A stretch of 50,744 bases of DNA from Calcarisporiella thermophila CBS 279.70. Lineage: Eukaryota; Fungi; Calcarisporiellomycota. This document shows positions 33,287-47,879 of this stretch, piece after piece. The position numbers were made by a program, and so were the translations under genes. Below the pieces are notes generated by a model. That model ran no database searches, had not been told where the DNA came from, and was given only the letters and a program-made list of their open reading frames with translations. Within the stretch, counting starts at the first letter, position 1; every line of letters begins with the position of its first letter. The DNA is taken from NCBI RefSeq assembly GCF_041956535.1, contig NW_027192200.1:766737-817480 (forward strand), read 5' to 3'.

Positions 33287-36200
33287 ATGGATGTAATGTT
33301 TATGTTGCAGTTTATTACGTCCAGAAATTATAATATGCTCATGGTTGGGTTTTCTTATAGGCTATACTTGATTTTAGTCGAGAACTCGATGTTGTCGTAC
33401 TGGATCGAGTGGTTAATACATTTTACCAGGGAGTAGGAGCAGAGGTACTTCGAAAATGGCATTTATATTAGCAATCAACAATATTGCCTAATACTTTTTC
33501 ACATTGAACATAGCAACAAATGGCACAGCAAGTTCTAACACAATTTCAAGAGCACCCTGATGCCTGGCAGCGTGTGGATCGAATCCTTGAGAGCTCAACG
33601 GTCCCACAGACAAAATTCATTGCCCTTCAGATCCTCGAGAAGTTTGTACAAACGCGTTGGAAAACCCTACCGAATGAACAGCGAACAGGTAGCTTGCTTG
33701 AATGAGGAAATATTTTCACTATGTGATATTAATATCTCTTGCTATAGGCATTCGGAACTATATTGTCTCGGTTATTCTTAAAGTGTCTAGTGACGAAGCA
33801 ACCCTTCATAGCCAGAAGACCTACATCACCAAATTGAACATGGTGCTTGTACAGGTAAGCTCACGTATTTTTCAAAGTGCAAATGATTATACCTCACATT
33901 TACTTTCAATTTCAGATTTTGAAGCAGGAATGGCCTCATAACTGGCCAAGCTTTATTTCCGAGATCGTGAGCTCAAGTCGAAGCAGTCTGTCGGTATGCG
34001 AGAATAACATGTCCATTCTGAAGCTGCTTAGGTAAGTGTACACTTTATCTTTCTTCTTTTTAACAGGATATTAATTGAAATATTATTAGTGAGGAGATTT
34101 TTGATTTCTCAACCGAGCAAATGACTCAAGCCAAAGCAAAAAATTTAAAGACCACACTATGTGGCGAATTCTCAGAGATTTTCCAGCTCTGCATTGAAGT
34201 GCTGGAGAAGGCACAAAATCCATCCTTGATTGTCTCCACACTAGAAACGCTATTGCGATTCCTGAACTGGATTCCGCTGGGCTATATCTTCGAAACAAAT
34301 ATTATCGAAAACCTTCGCAATCGGGTAAGCCACTCTTGTCTCTCTGGCAATGCTGAATGTCTAACCTATGATATATCTCTAGTTCCTTGAGATTCCTCAA
34401 TTCCGCAACGTTACCCTGAAGTGTCTGACGGAAATTGGTGGATTATATGCTCCAGAATACGATGAAAAATTTGTGAATATGTTCGGATTGGTAATGGTAT
34501 CGATTCAGTCGATTATACCCATGAATGTTGGTGAGTATCTTGTTTTATATTATGTCTGATTGTCCTATTGTTTATAAAATTTAATCTTCCGCTCCCTACA
34601 GATTTGGTGAAAATATACGAAAATAGCTCAAATGAAGACCAAGAGTTCGTTCAGAACCTTGCACTTTTTTTGACTAGCTTTTTAAGCTCCCACTTAAAGG
34701 TTCGCCAGCACTATATTCAATTTGGACTTAGTTTGACTGATACCAATACTTACCAACTCAAATAGTTACTAGAGTCCCGACCCCAAATGCATGAAATCAT
34801 TGCTGTAGCGCATCGCTACCTTATTAATATATCCAAAGTGGAAGAACGTGAAATATTCAAAGTCTGTCTGGAGTATTGGAGTGGATTGGTATGGACTCTT
34901 TTAGCCACTCTCGCGTTGGATACTTATCTTTACCGCGGCTTTTCTCTTAGGTCCAACAACTTTATGAAGAATTACGTCAAGAAGAATCTCCGTTATTAAA
35001 CCTGGGCCCTATGGCAAATGTCTCCCCACATCAACCGAGACGAATTATGTATTCGGATATTCTCTCCACTCTTCGGGTGGTCATGATCGAGCGTATGGTG
35101 AAACCTGAAGAGGTATACAATCTAATTTTGTATAGGAGTGGACACATTTTGATTTTTTATCCCTGCATATTCGTAGGTGTTGGTCGTAGAAAACGATGAG
35201 GGCGAAATCGTGCGGGAATTTGTCAAAGAAAGTGACACCATTGTGCTATATAAATCTATGCGCGAATGCTTGGTCTATCTTACCCATTTAGATGTCATCA
35301 ATACTGAGGTGATTATGACAAATAAGCTTGCAAGACAGGTAAATTTGCTCGGTAATTCCATCTTATATTTTTGAAAATTTATACGAGGGTTCTCCTTGTG
35401 TAGATGGATGGCTCTGAGTGGTCTTGGGCGAATCTCAATAAGCTTTGCTGGGCAATCGGCTCCATTTCGGGCGCTATGGCCGAGGAAACGGAAAAGCGCT
35501 TCCTTGTTACCGTGATCAAGGATCTACTTTCATTATGTGAGATGAAACGTGGCAAAGATAACAAAGCCGTTGTCGCGTCCAACATCATGTATATTGTTGG
35601 CCAATATCCAAGATTTTTGCGTGCCCATTGGAAATTTCTCAAAACGGTGGTTAACAAGTTGTTTGAATTCATGCATGAGCTACACGAGGGTAAAGTTCCT
35701 ATTACCGAATACACTTCTTTCAGCGGAATTGCGTCTAAATCTTCATTTATATATAGGCGTACAGGACATGGCATGTGATACATTCATAAAAATTGCGCAA
35801 CGATGTAAACGACACTTTGTTGTCCATCAAGTTGGCGAAACCCAGCCCTTCATTGATGAAATCTTGGACCACATGGATAGGATCACCTCTGATTTATCTC
35901 CACAACAGGTAATAATAACTGTGCTTACCATTTTTTTATTTGCAATACCATTCTAACTCAATGTTCAACATATCAGGTGCACACGTTCTACGATGCAGTT
36001 GGGTGCATGATCTCCGCTCAGACTAACAAGGCAATGCAGGAGCGCTTGATTAGTAAATGCATGGCTATGCCAAACTCGGCAGTAAGTGTTAATTTATCTT
36101 GAAAACTCAATAGCATTTTCTCAATTACCTCTTCTCCAAGTGGGACCATTTAATGTCTCAAGCAGCCCAGAATGTCGATGTGCTAAATAACCCAGATAAT

Positions 36201-37551
36201 GTAAAGCTCCTTGGCAATATCCTTAAAACAAATGTGGCCGCGTGTAGCTCTATTGGAAGCGGATTTTACGTCCAGATTGGGCGTATTTACATGGACATGT
36301 TGGGGCTCTATAAAGCAGTAAGTGGAATCATCTCTGATACGATTTCCGAGCAGGGCCCAATAGCTGCACGGCATAGCCGAGTGCGTGCACTCCGAACAAT
36401 TAAGAAAGAAGTGCTTAAGCTTGTGGACACCTATATCACACGGGCCGAGGATCTTGCTGCTGTGACAAATGATATGATTCCTCCGTTACTTGAGGCAGTG
36501 CTGAGTGATTATAACCGCAATGTTGAACAGGCCCGTGATTCGGAAGTTCTAGGGCTGATGGCAACTGTAATCTCTAAGCTGGGATCCTACATGACCGACA
36601 AAGTGCCAGCCATCTTAGAGGCCGTATTTGAATGTACCCTTGGCATGATCAACAAAGACTTTTCCGAATATCCCGAACATCGTGTAGCTTTCTTCAAATT
36701 CATTCAAGCCATTAACAAGCACTGCTTCCCAGGTACACCATCTTTCCTGCTCAAACACTTCGTTTATATTATTTATATAAATATGTATGTATATATTGTT
36801 GGCTAAATACTTTTATATTTTAATAGCCCTCCTAAGTCTCTCGCCTCCGCAATTCAAATTGGTCATGGATAGTGTGGTTTGGGCTTTCAAGCATACTATG
36901 CGCGATATTGCCGAAACAGGCCTAGTTATCTGCCTTGAGCTTATTAATAATTTTGCCAACTCCGAACAATCTATCTCCAATGCCTTTTTCCAAACCTATT
37001 TCCTCAGTATCCTGCAAGACGTGTTTTATGTGCTCAGCGATACGGACCATAAGAGCGGTTAGAATACCAAACAAACTAGCATGGTTGTTTCTGTATATTC
37101 TCGTTGACTCATGTCCTCTTTAACAATTCTAGGTTTCAAATTCCAAACGCAAGTGTTGGCTCGCATGTTCCAGCTGGTAGAATCCGGAGCCGTGCAAGCA
37201 CCGCTGTTCAACCCCTCACAAGTATCAAATCCGAATATGTCCAATAAGGAATTCTTGCACGAGTATGTCGTAAATCTACTTCAAACTGCATTTCCCCATC
37301 TGCAGCCAGTGCAGGTCCAGCGCTTCGCCACTGGTCTCTTCGAGCTCAATGGCGATCTCGTCAAGTTTAAGCTCCATGTGCGCGACTTTTTGATCCAGTT
37401 AAAAGAATTTGCGAGTACAGACAACGCGGATCTCTTCCTCGAAGAGCGGGAGGCGGAGTTGGAGGAAAAGCGAAAGTTAGAGAGAGAGAATGCGCTTAAG
37501 GTTCCAGGAATGGTAAAACCGGCTGATTTACCCATGGACGCGGAAGACTAA
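33287..37551 (+). CDS. CRM1: Exportin-1 nuclear export receptor; many introns
   Basis: MD|[11 protein letters not shown]..., [137 protein letters not shown]. Confidence 0.97.
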
Positions 37552-38672
37552 GGCTCCATATCGCTTATTACATGGTTGTTTTGCAATTTCCCATAGTGTT
37601 TTTATTAATAAAAATACAATGCTATTCTTTTTTTTATCGCTCTCATTTCACACTCAAATGCGGACGAAGCGATGGGAGAACAACGTCGCCTCACCACAAG
37701 AAGAGTTGCTTTGAAAATTAATTTTGATCTTTCATCCACATAGATGCCTACGTCTCAATTGAACGCATTATGCCTGGCAAAAAAATAGTAGGGCAGTTAG
37801 AGCTCAAAAGACCAGCGGACTTCCAGGATACTTGGTATATACAGATTCATGTGGCTTATCGCTGTGGCGAACCCACCTTGGTGTTTCGTTGTACAAGATC
37901 ATCCTATCGATGCTTGCCCACACTCTGGCAACAGTATGAAGTCCACAATGGGTTAGTATATTGGTGAAAGAACAAGGAGAATGAGAGATGATATTAGCAC
38001 CAAGATTGAATTGGTTTAATTTTATGGCTAAACAATGAAAATCAAGTAATAATCATTTTATTAATCTCTCTTTTTCCAAGCTTTGTTAGTGGATACTCCG
38101 TTCCTACGACATCAAATCCTTTGTATACATCACTAAATTGATGCTTGGTCACTGAATAAAGCCTAATAAAAGTACTCATTTGAGAGTAATTGCAAGAGAT
38201 ATAAAAAGTCCAGCCACCTACACGATGAATAGGACCAGTTTTCTCGTATACCTTTAGGAGACACCCAATATTATAGCTCACCTCTCAAGTATATATTTGC
38301 TTGTAAGTCTCCCAACAATCCCATGGGCGTGACGTTAGAAATGACAACATAATGCCTTTTTTTACGATATATATTTAATATCGCAATCCACAAATGTATA
38401 TCAAAACACTGAGAGATTATTACATATGCTGAATTGACTTGAGCTAAATCGAAATTCTATCGAAAAAGTTTTGCGAGCGTATCAGTTTATAACATATGAT
38501 CTATAACTGGGTAAAAATACACTTTAAAATTATAAAAAAGCAAAAATATTACAATACACACTTTTCAAATACAATACCCCGATAATCCACCTTTACTTAA
38601 TAAGTCAAGGTAGCATATATTCCTGAAAATATTATAGAGGTAGTAGTTTTTTATCGACATACTCTCATCCCA

Positions 38673-38729
38673 TTTTCAAATGATTTTACTGAATTATTAA
38701 AACAATTAATTCAGTAAAATCTTTGAAAA
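38673..38729. repeat. AT-rich hairpin (15-bp perfect arms, about 23 bp with one bulge) upstream of Uma2 gene 1
   Basis: ttttcaaa-t-gattttactgaatta ... taattcagtaaaatc-tttgaaaa. Confidence 0.85.
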
Positions 38730-38835
38730 CCTAATATCAATTTGTGACTGGTAAGCGGCCACTTTGTATGCACCATTAGATTAAATAGCAGAAACTGAAG
38801 ACGCATATATTGAATAAAGACCGAATTTTTTAGAG

Positions 38836-39798
38836 ATGTCTTGTCCAGCTTCTTCACGGCATAAAATCACTCAATTACCAACTGTATCAGTGACAGAAGT
38901 ACAAAATGATGTGATGCCCTCAATAAACGGTGAGATATCGGACTTGATTGACAATTACAGCCCGGATCGCGTTTACACCATTGAGCAATTTGAGAAAATC
39001 AACGATTGGCTTAAAACTCACGATATAGTGATTGATGGAATTCCAATTAGCCACTTCGAACGCGACTTGAAGGGTAGGCTTATCCCGATGCCTCAATCGC
39101 CAATAAGTAAAGAAGCCGTAGTTGCAGAGATTCTTGGTCAATTGAGACGTTGGAATATCTGTACTCAACAAAATGGTATCGTCACCAGCTCCCAAGGAGG
39201 TTTCAACTTTGCTGTATTAGGGGGGAGAGAGATCAAGGCCCCGGATATTGCCTTTACTCCAAAAGAAACATTTCGTGCTTTAGACCAGCAACAGCTTAGA
39301 ACTTTTCAAGGCCAACCTTTTCATCCCACATTCGTGGTTGAAGTGGAAGACGTTTCAAGACCCTCTAAACTGGCTGAACTCACTGAGAAGTTCAAAGGAA
39401 GCTATTTTCCTGCTGGCGTTGAGTTGGGTTGGTTGATTGATCCAGATAACAAGAAAATATACGTGTTCAAGAAAACTCGAAACGGAAGTGTGCGACGATA
39501 TTCCCATGAGTGGAAAAACGTTAGTGGAGGTAACGTGTTGCCCAGATTTGTGTTAAAAATTCGATTAGTGGAAGATGTTATATCTCAGGTTTGTTGTTAT
39601 TTTATTTTTATTTTTTTACTCTGCAATACAAGTCTGATATTACATATTGTTATGATGTAGGAACCATCGGAATCTGGTTCATCGTCTCAAGGAAACCTTG
39701 AGATCCACTGCCCCGAATGTACTGAGATTTTTTCTGATCGATTTAGTTTCGTTAGTCATTATGAAGATGAACATGCGCGAAAGTGGCATAATAGTTAA
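38836..39798 (+). CDS. Uma2/DUF820 family PD-(D/E)XK putative endonuclease with C-terminal C2H2 zinc finger, copy 1 (exons 38836-39588, 39661-39798; 296 aa)
   Basis: YTIEQF, FERDLKGRLIPMP, SSQGGFNF, IKAPDIAF, PTFVVEV, YFPAGVELGWLIDP..KKIYVF, GGNVLPRFVL. Phase-0 intron cag|gt...tag|gaa leads to LEIHCPECTEIFSDRFSFVSHYEDEH (C-x2-C-x12-H-x4-H). Confidence 0.9.
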
Positions 39799-40794
39799 AA
39801 GAATCAGATATATCTGTAATTTATGCTATTTTCATCCGCGTATCTCGGAAGTCAGTCAAGGCAACCTGAGTATCCTGGATTTACTACAACACCATCTAAA
39901 GAGAAAATGGTACAATTCGCTACCTGGAAGAACTTATATGCTTTATACATATAAATTTATACCTTTTTTGCATTTGCTTGCTACGATGTTATAATATTTT
40001 CCTTTACATCATATGTATCTTAGTTACAGTAGCAATGCTGCATTCCATTTATCTACACAATGCCAATACTCCTTGATATATATCTTGCTTCATCCATACT
40101 CTGTACATATTCACTTAATAATAATGTTTTTACTCTCCTTTCTGGCAGCTATTCTTGGCTGATACCTTTGTCTCTTTTCCATATTGATCCCTCTTCTACT
40201 GCCACTTCTCGTTAAATAGGTAATGTTTACACCTCCCCTCCTGTCCTGCTCTGATGATGAATGAACTAATTACCAGTTATTTTACGCACTTCGCTTCTGA
40301 TAAACTCTCGTAGTTTAGTAGTAGAGCCTCTGAGATTCTCATTACTATGGTAATCTAAAGATGTGAATAGAGCCAAAAATGTCGATATTTTATTTACAGC
40401 TTTCAGGTTCCAACTTATGCTATTCAAAGTTTAGTACCTTCATCTGACATCTCAGGCTCGTCAAAGTCTTCTCCCGGGATATCCCTCTCTATAGCACAGT
40501 GGACAGCATTTGAGGCCTGACTCTCTGTTCCGTCGGAGTTTCTGCTCGATTGTGTTGCAATCTCTTTTGATTTTACTAATTGATATGCACCTAAATCGTA
40601 GAATTTGAGTATAAAATAAGTGTGATTATGGGTGCCATTAATAATGGTAAATTAACTGATTACATACGTTCATTATATATCAGCTGTTTTATCCATTCGT
40701 ATATAACCCAGTCGCCCTGAGTGGGAGGGAAATATTTCGCCTCACTTTTAAACTGAATTAAAATTGCTAAAAAAATGAATTCTATTTGCTTACA

Positions 40795-40950
40795 AAGATC
40801 TTATTACCCCGCCCATATTAGATTCCCTCTAATTTTGGAAAGCCACCCTGCGATATCTACAAGTTAAACGAAGGATTCAAAGCCGAGGAATGGAAGAACT
40901 GGGTTGCCTAGCATTGGCTTGATTTTCTTGAAGAATACATGCCTCCGAGG
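40795..40950 (+). mobile_element. Fragment of a CACTA/En-Spm-like (Tnp2-type) transposase, degenerate
   Basis: Reads IPSNFGKPPCDIYKLNEGFKAEEWKNWVA*HWLDFLEEYMPP, matching the IPxxFGRxPR...FKAEEWxNW...LP motif recalled from fungal CACTA-like transposases. Contains in-frame stops. Confidence 0.65.
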
Positions 40951-41042
40951 TAAATGATTTCGCTTGTTTTTTTTTAATTTTACAGAATTTCAAGAGTGAT
41001 ATACGCTTAATGTTATTTTTTTAAACGGAGAATTATAGGGAG

Positions 41043-43430
41043 GATGGCTTAGCATATTGGTGAGAAAATAAGGACGATGAGAGATGATATTAAAACCAAG
41101 ATTGAATCAACTTGATTAAATTTTATGGTTAAACAATGAAAATCTAGTAATAATCTTTAAATTAATTCCTCTTTTTACTAAACTTGTTAGTAGATATTAT
41201 GTCCCAACCACATCAAATCTTCACTATTCATCGCTAAATTGATACGTGATCTCTGAATAAAGCCTAATAAAATAGTTCATTTGAGAATAATTGCAAGGTG
41301 TAAAAAAGCCCGGTCGACACAATGAATAAATCCAGTTTCCGCGTATAGCTTCAGGAGACTCCTAGTTCTATAGAGTACCTCCCAACATCAATGGTATTTG
41401 TTAGTAAATGAACTCAGCATTTCTATGGACAAGTCGTCATCAATGACGCCTTAGTGCCTTTTTTATGAGATATATATCTAATTGCGCAATCCACGAATGT
41501 ATATCGGAGCACTAAGTGATCTGTGCATATACTGAATTGACTTGAGCTAAGCCGATATTCTATCGAGAAAGTTTGGCGACCGTGTAAGTTTATAATATCC
41601 TATTTGAAACCAATTTATTTGCATTCGCACTCTTAAATTCAATAGTACCCATAGATAAAGGAGTTCATGTGAATTATGGCACGATTTGGTGTGTGTACGA
41701 TTGAGTGCGCAAAATTGTAGAATATAAAGGTTACGAGCAACTTGAAATTAATAAATTTTAATTGATACAATAGTAAGAATGTAAAATATGCCTTGTGTTA
41801 AAGTTGAATAATTAACTAGCTTAGCAGCAAATAGCCAACTAAACGATAATTTATAGTTATAACTGTGTAAAATGAGAGTTACTCTTTACAATAATAATAA
41901 AAAAAGCAAAATGTTACAATACACACTTTTCAAATTCAATATCCTGATAATCCTGCTTTTCTTTATAAGTCATAGTAGCATATATTCCTGGGAATATTGT
42001 AGAAACAGTAGTTTTATTATCAACATATTCTCACCGCAATTTTGAAAGATGTTTTTTTAAGCTGAAATAATAGAGGTCAATTGTGGCTGGCGGCCAGTTT
42101 GTATGCGCCATAAGATTTAATGGCAAAAACTAAAAAAGCATATATTGAACTGAACATAAAATTTTCAGAGATGTCTTGTCCAGCTTCTTCACGGTATAAA
42201 ATCACTCAATTACCAACTGCATCGGGGACAGAACCACGAAAGGATGCCATGTCTAAAGTAAACGGTGAGATATCGGACTTGATTGACAACTACAGCTCGG
42301 ATCGCGTTTACACCATTGAGCAATTTGAGAAAATCAACGATTGGCTTGAAACTCACGATATAGTGATTGATGGAATTCCAATTAGCCACTTCGAACTCGA
42401 TTCAAAGGGTAGGCTTATCCCGATGTCTCAATCTCCAATAAGTAAAGAAGCCGTAGTTGCAGAGATCATTCGTCAATTGACACGTTGGAATATCTATTCT
42501 CAGCAAAATGGTATCGTCACCGGTTCCCAAGGAGGTTTCAACTTTGCTGTATTAGAGGGAAGAGAGATCAGGGCCCCGGATGTTGCCTTTACACCAAAAG
42601 AAATATATCGTGCTTTAGACGAGCAACAGCTTGACACTTTTCGAGGCCAACCTTTTCATCCCACATTCGTGGTTGAAGTGGAAGACGTTTCAAGTTCCTC
42701 TAAACTAGCTGAACTCACCGAAAAATTCAAAGAAATCTATTTTAATGCCGGCGTTGATTTGGGTTGGCTGATTAATCCGGCTAACAAGAAAATCTACATA
42801 TTCGAGAAAACTCTAAACGGAAGTGTGCGACGATATTCTCATGAGTGGAAAAACGTCAGCGGAGGTAATGTGTTGCCTAGATTCGTGTTGAAAATTCGAT
42901 TAGTTGAAGATGTCATATCTCAGGTTCGTTCTTTTTTTTTTTGTCTTCGCTACGCAAATCCGATATTACATATTATTATGGTATAGGAATCGTCCGAACC
43001 AGGCTCCTCGTCTCAAGAAAACCTTGAGATCCACTGCCCCGAATGTACTGAAATTTTTTCTGATCGATTAGATTTCATTGATCATTATGAAGAAGAGCAT
43101 GCACGAAAATGGCACAAAGGTTAATAATGTCAGATACACCTCCATTCCATGCTATTTTCATTTGCGTATACTAGTAGTCAACCAAAACAGCCTGAGAATT
43201 CTGGATTTACTACAACGCTTGTGAAAGAAAAAATGGTATAATTCGCCAGCTGGATACGTTTTATAACTAACCTATATTTGCTTGCTACGAGGTTGTAAGA
43301 TTTTCTTTATACCAATTGCATACCTTTATTTAGGTAGTAATGATGCATTCCCTTTTTCTACACATACCCAATAATCCTTAATATATAGCTTGCGCCCATC
43401 TATGCTCCATATATATTCATTTAATATTAC
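41043..43430 (+). repeat. Tandem segmental duplication, unit 2 (carries Uma2-ZnF gene 2; extra about 270 bp near 41595-41860)
   Basis: Collinear with 37945-40110; similarity breaks after gtttataa (about 41595) and resumes at tataactg.gtaaaa (about 41860). Confidence 0.9.
42171..43124 (+). CDS. Uma2/DUF820 family putative endonuclease with C-terminal C2H2 zinc finger, copy 2 (exons 42171-42923, 42987-43124; possible upstream in-frame ATG at 42120)
   Basis: Paralogue of copy 1 with the same intron position: IRAPDVAF, PTFVVEV, GVDLGWLINP; exon 2 LEIHCPECTEIFSDRLDFIDHYEEEHARKWHKG*. Confidence 0.9.
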
Positions 43431-44801
43431 ATAACACAATGCAGCCTAGTCAAATGTTAAAATATTAAGCCCAATCCATCAGAATATACTGTATAATGTC
43501 ACAGTTTGATTTCACATAGAGAACTAGGAGATTTATGATGGCTATAATGTGTACGAAAAGTGGTTTTAGGGGTCTTTCTTGATTCCAGCTTGGTGATATC
43601 CAGATCGAAAAATAAATTTTGAAAATACCGTGCTCGTACATATTGTCAAACATTTTATCATTTTACAATACATTACTAGAGAGTCACACACTTTAAATAT
43701 AGCAGCTTCATTACAGAATTTTAATTTATTTCAAAGATTTACTGTGACTCCCCCTAATCTCCTCAAATGTAGCTTGTCTCTTCAATTGAATTTTCATTTA
43801 AAAAAATATGTGGAGTAACATTGTTCAGACATACGAGGTTAACTACACACGACTATTTCCATAATCCTCACGACACTATTCAAGAGTTTATAGCAAGATC
43901 ATAGCAGCGATCCAGGTCCTGGTATCTATATTCGTCGTTACAATGTTGATTTACATAACACTGAATAACCTGAAAATAAAAAATTTTTCGAATTATTCGA
44001 GATACTCTTTGTTTCTCATCGATATATACTAGCACTATATTATTTGAGAGCCTCGTCTGTATTCTTTCAGTATATTCTTTTTTAATTTTTGTAATGAGTA
44101 AGGCAATATCATTGTTAGAGTGAATGCTTTTGGCTCCATCAATTCTATTCATACATAGAGCGCAATCTTCTACTGGAGAATAGATCAGTGACGACCACTT
44201 ATATTCTGAGATTATCACTCCTTCGATGGTGAAATTTCACTTAAAGAAGATCTGTTCCACCAGAATGAACAATTTTCTGCATTTTAGAGGCATAAAATGT
44301 TCTTTCGATAATTCTTTTCGACAATGCTAATTTCTTAATTTGAAATTTGGGTGACGTTTCATCTTGCGCCTTTTTTCTTGGTTCTTTCAATAAAGTCGGA
44401 GAGCTTGGAAAGAAAGAAAAGCGAGGGAGGTCCTGTATCGAAAGAGAAAAGTAAAAGTGGGGAACTTCTTTTTTGACCCGTATATCTTTGCTTAGAGTTA
44501 GTCAATCAGATGTAAGTCCTTACTGTATAATACCGGAGAGATGAAGGGCTGGATGTCGTAGAAAGAGTTTCTAGGGCTTGGCAATCTTCACTGTTTAATC
44601 AGATGGTTGTCTTTAAGCTTGTCACTAACTTTCAATCTCATCCATTTTGACCAGGCTAGAAACGAATATCGCCTTTTTATTCCTCCCTTTCGAGTAGCCT
44701 TTTATAATCCTCTGTTGCGCTCTTTTATTTTTGCCTGATCCCTGGACAATTTCCTTTACACATCTGTTGAGCTTTTATTTTTTTTTCGTTAATTTTGGAG
44801 G

Positions 44802-47879
<3,078 letters not shown>

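Larger units (their letters stand above)
37945..40110 (+). repeat. Tandem segmental duplication, unit 1 (about 2.2 kb; carries Uma2-ZnF gene 1)
   Basis: Collinear with 41043-43430 from tattggtga...gatgagagatgatatta...ccaagattgaat, through ctgaataaagcctaataaaa and ctgaattgacttgagctaa, the ORF and the 3' flank (ctggatttactacaac, tttgcttgctacga). Confidence 0.9.

Noticed and set aside
40250-40335. Possible C/D box snoRNA (TGATGA...CTGA)
   Set aside because: No terminal stem and no recognisable rRNA guide; such boxes are common by chance in AT-rich DNA.
38836-43124. Bacterial contamination or endosymbiont contig as source of the Uma2 genes
   Set aside because: Both genes contain spliceosomal GT-AG introns at the same position and lie between intron-rich fungal CRM1 and RSP5.
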